DNA of 64,000 nucleotides from Bacillota bacterium (GTDB lineage Bacteria; Bacillota; Clostridia; Acetivibrionales; JAMNYG01): NCBI GenBank assembly GCA_023622945.1, contig JAMNYG010000187.1, forward strand, positions 3,940 through 67,939, in the 5' to 3' direction. Below, piece by piece: positions 42,825 to 50,532 of this stretch (positions within the stretch are counted from its first letter, which is position 1; each line of letters starts with the position of its first letter). The notes beneath the pieces were generated by a model. The model was not told where the DNA came from. It made no database searches and saw only the letters and a list, made by a program, of their open reading frames with translations. The translations under genes and the position numbers were made by a program.

Positions 42825-44768
42825 GTGAATTTTATGGGAGATATAATTATACTTGATGAAAGCACTTCCAACAAGATTGCTGCCGGCGAGGTAATCGAAA
42901 GGCCTGCTTCGGTAGTAAAAGAACTGGTGGAAAACTCCATAGACGCAGGTGCGGAGATAATTACCGTTGAGATAAAAAACGGCGGAATATCCTATATCAA
43001 GGTTTCGGATAACGGTTCGGGCATAAAAGCGGACGATGTCGAAATAGCTTTTGAAAGGCATGCCACAAGCAAGATACGAAGTTCTGAAGACCTTGGCAGT
43101 ATTTTGACCCTGGGGTTCAGAGGAGAGGCTCTGGCCAGTATTGCAGCGGTATCTTCCGTTGAACTTATAACCCGTACCCGGGACAGCAGTCACGGAACCT
43201 TTATTAGAGTGCAGGGAGGAGTGATAAAGGAAATAGGTCAGACAGGCTGCCCTGTCGGAAGCATCTTTATTGTAAGAGACCTGTTTTACAATACCCCTGC
43301 AAGATATAAATTTCTGAAAAACGACAGCACAGAAGCAAGATATGTTTCCGATATAATCAACCGCCTGGCGCTGGGGAATCCTGACATTTCATTCAGGTTT
43401 ATAAGCAATAATACCAAGGTGCTTCACACTCCAGGCAACAACGATTTGCTGAGCACCATCTTCAGCATTTACGGAAAGCAAACCGTTGACGGGTTATGCG
43501 AAATAAACTACCGGGATAAGTGGCTGATAATAAAAGGCTATGCGGGGAAACCTGAGATTGCCAGGTCCAATAGAAATCATCAGTCCATATTCATAAACGG
43601 AAGATACATAAAAAGCAAGCTGATCACCTCGGCCATTGATGAGGCGTACAGCACTCTTCTGATGAAGAATAAATTCGCGTTTATCGTTATGAATATTGAA
43701 CTTGATACACGCTTTGTTGACGTAAACGTTCATCCTGCAAAGCTGGAAGTCAGGTTTTCCGAAGAGCAGGAAATATTCAGGAGCGTATATAATGCTATAG
43801 CCAGCGCACTGACCGGAGAGAAACTGATACCCAGCGTAAGCCTTTATGATGTTAAATCTCAAGGCTCAGACGGCAAAGGACCCTCCTTCATTAATGACGA
43901 TACAGGAAAAAATGCGATTCGGGGCAATCTGAATCATCCTGCAGATTTCAGTAACTCCATAGCTAAGTACGGTTTCACAGGGTCAGCCGGGAAAAAGGAT
44001 GAGTATGTCCAGCAGTCAATTGACTTTGAGGAAAGCCGGGAAGATTCGGGCAGCAGTTATGTACAAAACGCTGAAGGTAATAGGGATTTCCACCGGTACA
44101 ATAATGCAAAGGATTGCCAATACAATAATGCAAGGGATTATCATTCTAATGGGAAGGATTATTATTCTGAAGGCACCCCGTCCGAAAGTTTCCTGGACCA
44201 GGTCAGAATAATAGGACAGGCTTTTTCAACATATATAATCCTTCAGCACGATGACGACCTTCTGATAATAGATCAGCATGCAGCCCACGAGAGGATCATG
44301 TATGAGAAGCTCAAGGAAAAATACCATAAAAATATGCCCATGACACAGCTTCTGGTCACTCCTGTGGTTGTGGAGCTTACAAATAATGAGATGAGGATTG
44401 CCGAAGAATATAAGGAATATTTTTCAAAACTGGGTTATATATTTGAAAACTTTGGAAATAATTCTATTGTACTGAGATCCGTACCGGGCATCACGGACCC
44501 TGAATTGGTCAGGGAAACTTTTCTCGATGCACTGGATCTGATATCGGGTACTAATCCGGTGCTTGAAGATGCCGCAGATGAAACTCTCTATAATATAGCC
44601 TGCAAGGCAGCCGTCAAAGCCAATAAGAGGCTGGATGAAGTGGAAATCAAGGCTTTGCTTGAAGAATTAAAGGGAATTGCAAACCTGTTTTCATGCCCTC
44701 ATGGGCGGCCTACAATCATCAGGATAAGTAAAAATGAACTTGAAAAGAAATTCAAAAGAATTGTGTGA
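42825..44768 (+). CDS. mutL: DNA mismatch repair protein MutL
   Basis: GHKL ATPase N-terminus IAAGEVIERPASVVKELVENSIDAGA and a C-terminal dimerisation/endonuclease domain (DQHAAHERI). The start is GTG 42825 or ATG 42834. Confidence 0.95.
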   Translation: MNFMGDIIILDESTSNKIAAGEVIERPASVVKELVENSIDAGAEIITVEIKNGGISYIKVSDNGSGIKADDVEIAFERHATSKIRSSEDLGSILTLGFRGEALASIAAVSSVELITRTRDSSHGTFIRVQGGVIKEIGQTGCPVGSIFIVRDLFYNTPARYKFLKNDSTEARYVSDIINRLALGNPDISFRFISNNTKVLHTPGNNDLLSTIFSIYGKQTVDGLCEINYRDKWLIIKGYAGKPEIARSNRNHQSIFINGRYIKSKLITSAIDEAYSTLLMKNKFAFIVMNIELDTRFVDVNVHPAKLEVRFSEEQEIFRSVYNAIASALTGEKLIPSVSLYDVKSQGSDGKGPSFINDDTGKNAIRGNLNHPADFSNSIAKYGFTGSAGKKDEYVQQSIDFEESREDSGSSYVQNAEGNRDFHRYNNAKDCQYNNARDYHSNGKDYYSEGTPSESFLDQVRIIGQAFSTYIILQHDDDLLIIDQHAAHERIMYEKLKEKYHKNMPMTQLLVTPVVVELTNNEMRIAEEYKEYFSKLGYIFENFGNNSIVLRSVPGITDPELVRETFLDALDLISGTNPVLEDAADETLYNIACKAAVKANKRLDEVEIKALLEELKGIANLFSCPHGRPTIIRISKNELEKKFKRIV

Positions 44769-44774
44769 TGTGAT

Positions 44775-45713
44775 ATGGAAAACGTACTTGTCATATTAGG
44801 TCCTACAGCATCCGGAAAAACAAGGCTTGCCATTGAACTTGCAAAAAGGCTGAACGGAGAAGTGATTTCAGCTGATTCCATGCAGGTATACAAATATATG
44901 GACATCGGAACCGCCAAGCCCGATGAAAAAGAAAGAGAGGGAATAAAGCATTATCTTATAGATGAAGTTGATCCTTCTGAGGAATTCAGCGTTGCCCGTT
45001 ACCAGAAGCTTGCTTATCAATATATAGATGAGGTGCTGTCCAAGGGTAAGTTGCCTATTGTCGCCGGAGGTACCGGACTTTACATAAATTCACTGATATA
45101 TAATATCAATTTCACTGAAACCGTAAGCGATTGGGAATTCAGGGAAAGGCTTAAAGCCGAAGCAGAGGAAAAGGGGAATGCATTTTTGCATGAAAGGCTT
45201 AAGAAAATTGATCCAAAAGCTGCAGCCAAAATCCATGTAAATGATTTGAAGCGTATAATAAGGGCTCTTGAAGTTTATGAGTATACCAGAAAACCTATAT
45301 CGCATCATCAGGAAGTTTCAAGGAAAAACCCTCCAAAATACCGCTTCATAATTTTAGGATTGACCATGGACAGGGAAAGGTTATACGATAGGATTAACAA
45401 AAGGGTGGATTTAATGATACAAAAAGGCCTGGTACAGGAAGTGAAAAGCCTTGTTGAACGGGGATTCGATACAAAATATACTTCCATGCAGGGACTGGGT
45501 TATAAAGAAATCATTTCTTATCTGAAAGGAGAGATGTCTCTTGATGATGCCATATACATTTTAAAAAGAGATACCCGCCGTTATGCCAAAAGGCAGATTA
45601 CCTGGTTTAAAAGGATCGAAGGAGTATACTGGCTTGACCTGGACAGGTTTAAAGACGCGGATGAGCTTACAGACGCAGCTGTTACATATGTAAAAAGTTT
45701 ATTGGTGTGTTAA
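44775..45713 (+). CDS. miaA: tRNA dimethylallyltransferase MiaA
   Basis: P-loop ILGPTASGKT, SADSMQVYKYMDIGTAKP. Confidence 0.95.
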   Translation: MENVLVILGPTASGKTRLAIELAKRLNGEVISADSMQVYKYMDIGTAKPDEKEREGIKHYLIDEVDPSEEFSVARYQKLAYQYIDEVLSKGKLPIVAGGTGLYINSLIYNINFTETVSDWEFRERLKAEAEEKGNAFLHERLKKIDPKAAAKIHVNDLKRIIRALEVYEYTRKPISHHQEVSRKNPPKYRFIILGLTMDRERLYDRINKRVDLMIQKGLVQEVKSLVERGFDTKYTSMQGLGYKEIISYLKGEMSLDDAIYILKRDTRRYAKRQITWFKRIEGVYWLDLDRFKDADELTDAAVTYVKSLLVC

Positions 45714-45751
45714 AAAAGATTTATTGGTTTATCAAAAAAATTATTATTTCC

Positions 45752-45780
45752 TTGCAACGTTTGGAATTTTCTTGTAGAAT
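45752..45780 (+). promoter_or_regulatory. candidate sigma-A promoter for hfq (extended -10)
   Basis: TTGCAA (45752-45757), 17-nt spacer ending in TG, TAGAAT (45775-45780). This gives an ~85-nt leader containing the palindrome ATGACATGTGTCAT. Confidence 0.55.
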
Positions 45781-45866
45781 AAGTATAAGCTTTGATGTCT
45801 GTAAAAGTGAAATGACATGTGTCATAAACATATAGACAAACATAGATAATTAGAGGAGGATTTCCG

Positions 45867-46112
45867 GTGAACAAAGTTAATATTAATTTGCAGGATGTTT
45901 TTTTGAACCAGGTCAGGAAAGAACACATACCGGTTACTGTATACCTAACCAATGGATTTCAGTTGAAAGGGCTGGTAAAGGGTTTTGATAATTTTACCGT
46001 TATCCTTGACAGTGACGGAAGGCAGCAACTGGTTTACAAGCATGCCATATCTACCGTTTCTCCCATGAAGCTTGTAAATCTCATCTTCAACGACAACAAA
46101 GAGCAGGGGTAA
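45867..46112 (+). CDS. hfq: RNA chaperone Hfq
   Basis: [40 protein letters not shown] (Sm1/Sm2 motifs). GTG start after GAGGAGG. Confidence 0.95.
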   Translation: MNKVNINLQDVFLNQVRKEHIPVTVYLTNGFQLKGLVKGFDNFTVILDSDGRQQLVYKHAISTVSPMKLVNLIFNDNKEQG

Positions 46113-46138
46113 TAAACGGTTTGGAAGCATGAAACCAG

Positions 46139-46176
46139 AAAGAGGATCTGTAGTTTTGCATGATCCTCTTTTTCAC
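46139..46176. terminator. terminator between the convergent hfq and lexA genes
   Basis: AAGAGGATC-13 nt-GATCCTCTTTTT. Confidence 0.75.
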
Positions 46177-46216
46177 TATAGAATTGGTATCTCATTAATC
46201 AATACAGAATCAGGTT

Positions 46217-46858
46217 TTACAGTTTTCTGAATACTCCTATTACCTTCCCGAGGATTGTAAGATTGTCTCTGACGATTATGGGATCCATATATCTGTTCTG
46301 AGGCTGTAGCCTAATATGGTCTTTCTCCTTGTAAAACGTCTTGACGGTGGCTTCGTCTCCTATCAGGGCAACTACAATATCCCCGTTGCTGGCAACCGAT
46401 TGCTGCTTTACAAGAACATAATCCCTGTCCAGTATCCCGGCTTCAATCATGCTGTCTCCCTGGACCCTAAGCATAAATACGGTGGAATTCTGTACAAAAT
46501 CAACGGGAAGGGGAAAGGTGTCCTCAATGTTCTCAACCGCCAGAATGGGCTGCCCGGCTGTAACTTTTCCTACAATAGGTACATCTACAAGTTCTTTTCT
46601 TGAATAATAACCCTGAGCATTTCCCGCAGTGTTATTTTTCTTGTTATCCAACACTTTAATTGCCCTGGGCTTTGTTGGATCTTTTTGTATAAGTCCCAAC
46701 TTTTCAAGTTTCTTCAGATACGCATGAACGGTAGAAGTTGATTTAAAGCCGACAGAACTGCAAATTTCCCTGACTGATGGGGGATAGCCCATTTCTTCAA
46801 CGTGCCTGTTCACAAAATCAAGAATTCTCTGCTGTTTGTCAGTCAGTTTGACCGTCAT
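46217..46858 (-). CDS. lexA: SOS repressor LexA
   Basis: [12 protein letters not shown] winged-helix N-terminus, an AG-type cleavage region, and S24 peptidase motifs [11 protein letters not shown] and [13 protein letters not shown]. The ATG at the complement of 46856-46858 is preferred over the track start. Confidence 0.95.
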   Translation of the reverse strand: MTVKLTDKQQRILDFVNRHVEEMGYPPSVREICSSVGFKSTSTVHAYLKKLEKLGLIQKDPTKPRAIKVLDNKKNNTAGNAQGYYSRKELVDVPIVGKVTAGQPILAVENIEDTFPLPVDFVQNSTVFMLRVQGDSMIEAGILDRDYVLVKQQSVASNGDIVVALIGDEATVKTFYKEKDHIRLQPQNRYMDPIIVRDNLTILGKVIGVFRKL

Positions 46859-46927
46859 TGGTTTCGCACCCCGATTCTTATAAATTTCCAACAGCTAAAG
46901 GTATTATATCATATACGATAAAAAAAT

Positions 46928-46941
46928 CAAACTAATGTTCG
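46928..46941. promoter_or_regulatory. LexA (Cheo) box 1
   Basis: The complement reads CGAACATTAGTTTG (GAAC-N4-GTTT). It lies in the lexA / yneA-like divergent spacer. Confidence 0.6.
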
Positions 46942-46951
46942 TAAAAAATCA

Positions 46952-46980
46952 TTGACAAAGAACATACGTTTGTGTATAAT
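46952..46980 (+). promoter_or_regulatory. sigma-A promoter of the yneA-like gene, overlapped by a LexA box
   Basis: TTGACA (46952-46957), 17-nt spacer, TATAAT (46975-46980). Confidence 0.7.
46960..46971. promoter_or_regulatory. LexA (Cheo) box 2, inside the promoter spacer
   Basis: GAACATACGTTT (GAAC-N4-GTTT). Confidence 0.6.
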
Positions 46981-46990
46981 TTTACAAAAA

Positions 46991-47002
46991 GAACAAGTGT
47001 TC
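46991..47002. promoter_or_regulatory. LexA (Cheo) box 3, perfect core
   Basis: GAACAAGTGTTC (GAAC-N4-GTTC), ~11 nt downstream of the -10 element. Confidence 0.75.
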
Positions 47003-47032
47003 TGCAAGACCGATATGAGGTGGGTGGCGGAT

Positions 47033-47317
47033 ATGAATAGAAAATATGTGTTGCGAAACAAAAAGCGTTTTGCTGCAATGCTCACTGTATTTATTGCGCT
47101 TTTGGCTTTTACGTTTTTTGCGGTAAAATCTTACGGTTACAGAGAACCTCAGTATAAACTGATAGCCGTACAGGAAGGGGACACCCTGTGGGACATTGCG
47201 ATCAAATACAGCAACGGTTCGGATATAAGGCGTTACATATACGAAATAAAAAAGATTAACAACATACCTGACAGCATCATTTATCCCGGCACCCTTATAA
47301 AGATACCTTTACGCTGA
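47033..47317 (+). CDS. YneA-like SOS-regulated LysM-domain membrane protein (putative cell-division inhibitor)
   Basis: 94 aa from the ATG at 47033 (RBS GAGGTGGGTGG). One TM helix (AAMLTVFIALLAFTFFAV) is followed by a LysM domain (YKLIAVQEGDTLWDIAIKY...IYPGTLIKIP). The gene is divergent from lexA with LexA boxes over its promoter, as for B. subtilis yneA. Confidence 0.6.
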   Translation: MNRKYVLRNKKRFAAMLTVFIALLAFTFFAVKSYGYREPQYKLIAVQEGDTLWDIAIKYSNGSDIRRYIYEIKKINNIPDSIIYPGTLIKIPLR

Positions 47318-47380
47318 TTAAGTCTGTATCAGTAAGGGGTATCTGTATATTTCATATTGAATTTCAGAGGTACTGGCATA

Positions 47381-47425
47381 GTGAAATATTGATTATTGAA
47401 ATATTAATGATTGAAATACCGTTCA
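47381..47425. repeat. tandem repeat, 15-nt unit x3 (TTGAAATATTRATKA)
   Basis: gtgaaatattgatta / ttgaaatattaatga / ttgaaataccgttca. Confidence 0.7.
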
Positions 47426-47583
47426 TAATGTTATAAAATTATCCTGGAAGTTTCTTTCAAGGAGTATATACTTATTTCCCTTTCATCTTCAGACATATTC
47501 ACAGCCTGGCTACATTTGAATGCACAAAAGCTTATATAAATTATTGTGATCAAGTGCAATTAATTGTAAAGGGGTGCATATGT

Positions 47584-48234
47584 ATGAAAGGGTACGATCT
47601 TGATGAGAAGAAAGGCGGTTTGTTTGGGTTTCTCAGCATCAAAAGCCCTTCCAGGATCATTAAAAGCAATGACTCAATCCAGCTTAAGTATCCGGGTTCT
47701 TTCGACTTAATAAAATTCACCGTTCTTGAATCAGGAGAAAACTCTTTAAAGATCAGATCAAAGGATACCGTTCAGCCTGTAGACCTGTCAAAAGGCGACC
47801 ATGTAGTTCTATATTTCACATCCAATGATTCTTATGTCTTAAGCGGCGAAATAGACAGCATAATTTCTGCCGATCCTCTCGAGATGGCAGTAAAAGTATC
47901 ATCAATTGAAAAATTGAAAAATGCAAAAAAGAATCAAAGGGTTCCAGTTTGTATGCAAACCAACCTTAAAGTCATCGGCATACAGGAAAACATACCTGCA
48001 GTTGCAAAGGCTATCAGTTTTAACGGTGTGAAGTTAATCTGCAGGGAAGACATTATGCTTGAAGACCTGATTGATGTTTCAGTCTCGCTTGATGATACAA
48101 ACAAATTCGCTTTCAAAGGCAGAGTGGTAAGAAAAAATCCCATGTCCAACTGCACGGAATATGGAATAGAAGTACATGAAATAGGCGAATCCAGCGTAAG
48201 AAATCTTACCCGTTACATAAACAGGCTTGCATAG
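47584..48234 (+). CDS. PilZ-like domain protein with degenerate c-di-GMP-binding motifs
   Basis: The C-terminal half has the PilZ beta-barrel pattern, but with KKNQR in place of RxxxR and AISFNG in place of D/NxSxxG. The N-terminal half is a second small beta-rich domain. The ATG at 47584 after AAAGGGG is preferred. Confidence 0.5.
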   Translation: MKGYDLDEKKGGLFGFLSIKSPSRIIKSNDSIQLKYPGSFDLIKFTVLESGENSLKIRSKDTVQPVDLSKGDHVVLYFTSNDSYVLSGEIDSIISADPLEMAVKVSSIEKLKNAKKNQRVPVCMQTNLKVIGIQENIPAVAKAISFNGVKLICREDIMLEDLIDVSVSLDDTNKFAFKGRVVRKNPMSNCTEYGIEVHEIGESSVRNLTRYINRLA

Positions 48235-48309
48235 CTTATTTACAAATCAGTTTACATGGCGTATATTTAAATCAGTTGATACAGTTTTCTGCAGCAAGGA
48301 GTCTTACTT

Positions 48310-48522
48310 ATGGAAAATGAACCTATGGAAAAAGAATGTGTTCTTTACGACAGGAAATGCATAGACTGCGGAGAATGCCTGGTGTGCGACCTGGACAGCA
48401 GCAAGATTTGCGATAACTGCTGTGCATGCATAGACGACGGAGAAGACTACAGGTCGCTGAATATCCTGGAGTTCCTGGAAAGGCAGGAAGACACAGAAAG
48501 GTTTGGGAAACGCAAAAAGTAA
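48310..48522 (+). CDS. small cysteine-rich protein (70 aa, 9 Cys), unknown function
   Basis: MENEPMEKECVLYDRKCIDCGECLVCDLDSSKICDNCCACIDDGEDY..., pattern C-x6-C-x2-C-x2-C-x2-C-x7-C-x2-CC-x-C, followed by an acidic/basic tail. A terminator lies directly after the stop. I recognise no family. Confidence 0.5.
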   Translation: MENEPMEKECVLYDRKCIDCGECLVCDLDSSKICDNCCACIDDGEDYRSLNILEFLERQEDTERFGKRKK

Positions 48523-48550
48523 GAAAGGGTGCATCTTTCTTGCTTTTTGT
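48519..48550. terminator. bidirectional terminator (Cys-rich gene on +, GT-C/TPR gene on -)
   Basis: GTAAGAAAGggtgcatCTTTCTTGCtttttgtg, with an A-run on the left (aaaaa) serving the minus strand. Confidence 0.7.
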
Positions 48551-48551
48551 G

Positions 48552-50420
48552 TTATTTTGTGTTATCGGGGAAGCTTTCCAGTATTTTTTGCACTTCCTCT
48601 TCACTGTTCCTGTATATGTTGTATTTAAGGAATTCTTCATAGTAGAACCGGGAATTTTCATAGTCTTTAAGTTCATAGTAGGTATCACCCAGGTCGCGCA
48701 GGATGAAGGTGCACCTGTTGTCCAGTTCATACCCTGCTTTAAACGCCTTTAACGCTTCATTCAGGTTTCCTTTGGCTTTATAGGCAGAACCCAGGTTATG
48801 ATATGCATATACCGAAGGCTGTAGGTTGATTGCCTTACGGGCTTCTTCAATGCACCTGTCATATTGTTTATTCAAAAGGTAAAGCTTTGCAAGGTTGCAA
48901 TGAGCCGTGCTGTTTGAATATCTAAGTTCAATGGCCTTAAGAAACTCCTTCTCAGCCAGAAGGAACAATTCCTGGTCTGTAGCGCCTGTTTCTTCATATT
49001 TGTTAAGATATTCGCCGGCCAGCACGCTGTGGGCCCTGTCACTGTTGGGCGCTTTTTTCACTACATCCGACCATAACCGAATACCGTCGCTGTATATATA
49101 ATTTCTTCTCAGGGTAAGCCCCGAGTAGAATAAAATGGCCACGCACGTAAAGATGACAAATACCTTTAACGGCTTTTTAAAAAGATATCTCTTTGATGTG
49201 CCGTCACCCCGGGATTCATCAAATATCATTCCCAGTACAAACATTATAAATCCTGCAAGAGGGAAGTACAGCCTGTGCTCGAAATAGACATCCTTAATTG
49301 AAATAAATGAGGACTCCACCGAAAGCCCTATAAAGAACCACAGGATACCAAGGGAAACAAGCTTGTTTCTCTTGATGTTAAGCAGTGAGAAGATGCCTAT
49401 CATGCAAAGTATTATCAATGAAATATATGAATTGTTCTCCAAAAGGCTTCGGGAAATGGGGTAATCATCGCTGTAGTCAAAGTTCTGCCCTATGGGTACG
49501 AATAAAAGCCTTATATAATGAAGAATGACATTCAGCTGGGTATAAAAATAATGCATGCGGTTCATTGATGTGCTTGCCTTGAAGGTTACATCAGGATCAC
49601 TCTGGCTGTACCCTTTAAGAAAAAGCAAGGTTCCGGGAATTATCGGAACGGTAAGAAGAAGCATAAAAGCGATGAACGCTCTTTTAAGCCATGACGTTTT
49701 TCCGTCCTTCAGAAAGAACATAAACTCAATGAGGATGAGCATAAAGGGTATGGTAATGGTATTTTCCTTTGTATACATTGCCATAACGGTAAAGAGCAAT
49801 GTCAGAACAAAATAATACGCCTTGTCCGATATCCTGAACCTAAGGTAAAAATAAACTGCCAGCAAGTAAAATGTTGCTGCCAGGGAAGCGGTACGCTGCA
49901 CTATATATGTCACCGCATTAACCTGTATGGGGTGGCACACGAATATCAGGGCTGATACCAAAGACACCATGGTTGAATATTTTGAAATGAGTTTGTCCTG
50001 AAACTGCTTCAGTCCCAGTAAGCTGCGCATTACCAGGAAGACAAGGATTCCGTTGAATATATGGATCAATGTATTTACGATGTGATATCCCACCACGTGA
50101 GTATCATGTATGAAATAATTTATAGATAAGGTGAAGTACAGTATGAACCTATTGGAGTAAAAATCCCATATGGCTTTAAAATCCAGAGGGTTTCTTATGG
50201 AATAATTGTTAACGATGGAACCGAAGTCATCAAGGGTAAAAGGCGCAGTAAAGCTGTTGGAGTAGACCAGCAGCGCAAGCAGGGCTATCATGCCGAAACA
50301 TAAGGCTTTTTTTTCGGCCAGCAACATCTCAATACCTTCGATGTCGCGCCTTTTCACCATTTCAGTCATTTTCCCGAATGTGCTTGTCATTGTTCTGAAT
50401 CTGCTTATCATAACCTGCAA
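48552..50420 (-). CDS. TMTC/PMT-like GT-C-fold membrane glycosyltransferase with C-terminal TPR repeats
   Basis: About 11 predicted TM helices. The first loop carries SFTAPFTLDDFGSIVNN (a DD motif in the position of the catalytic D-D/E of PMT/TMTC/ArnT-type GT-C enzymes). A C-terminal ~170-aa TPR block follows (AHCNLAKLYLLNKQYDRCIEEARKAINL..., YHNLGSAYKAKGNLNEALKAFKAGYEL...). The likely start is TTG 50420 or ATG 50411 after GAGGATGA. Confidence 0.6.
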   Translation of the reverse strand: MQVMISRFRTMTSTFGKMTEMVKRRDIEGIEMLLAEKKALCFGMIALLALLVYSNSFTAPFTLDDFGSIVNNYSIRNPLDFKAIWDFYSNRFILYFTLSINYFIHDTHVVGYHIVNTLIHIFNGILVFLVMRSLLGLKQFQDKLISKYSTMVSLVSALIFVCHPIQVNAVTYIVQRTASLAATFYLLAVYFYLRFRISDKAYYFVLTLLFTVMAMYTKENTITIPFMLILIEFMFFLKDGKTSWLKRAFIAFMLLLTVPIIPGTLLFLKGYSQSDPDVTFKASTSMNRMHYFYTQLNVILHYIRLLFVPIGQNFDYSDDYPISRSLLENNSYISLIILCMIGIFSLLNIKRNKLVSLGILWFFIGLSVESSFISIKDVYFEHRLYFPLAGFIMFVLGMIFDESRGDGTSKRYLFKKPLKVFVIFTCVAILFYSGLTLRRNYIYSDGIRLWSDVVKKAPNSDRAHSVLAGEYLNKYEETGATDQELFLLAEKEFLKAIELRYSNSTAHCNLAKLYLLNKQYDRCIEEARKAINLQPSVYAYHNLGSAYKAKGNLNEALKAFKAGYELDNRCTFILRDLGDTYYELKDYENSRFYYEEFLKYNIYRNSEEEVQKILESFPDNTK

Positions 50421-50532
50421 ATCATCCTCATTTTAGAAAATCATACGGAATTTTTTGAAAACCATACGGACAATCATCATTTCAACCAAACGGATGATTA
50501 TCATTTCCCGGCCAAAATTATGATTTCCTGCC
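50421..50532. repeat. degenerate tandem repeat, ~24-26-nt unit x~4.5, spanning the stop of the SLH/GH18-like gene and reaching the RBS of the GT-C/TPR gene
   Basis: Minus-strand reading: ggcaggaaatcataattttggccg / ggaaatgataatcatccgtttggtt / gaaatgatgattgtccgtatggtttt / caaaaaattccgtatgatttt / ctaaaatgaggatgat. The stop TGA is inside unit 2. Confidence 0.7.
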
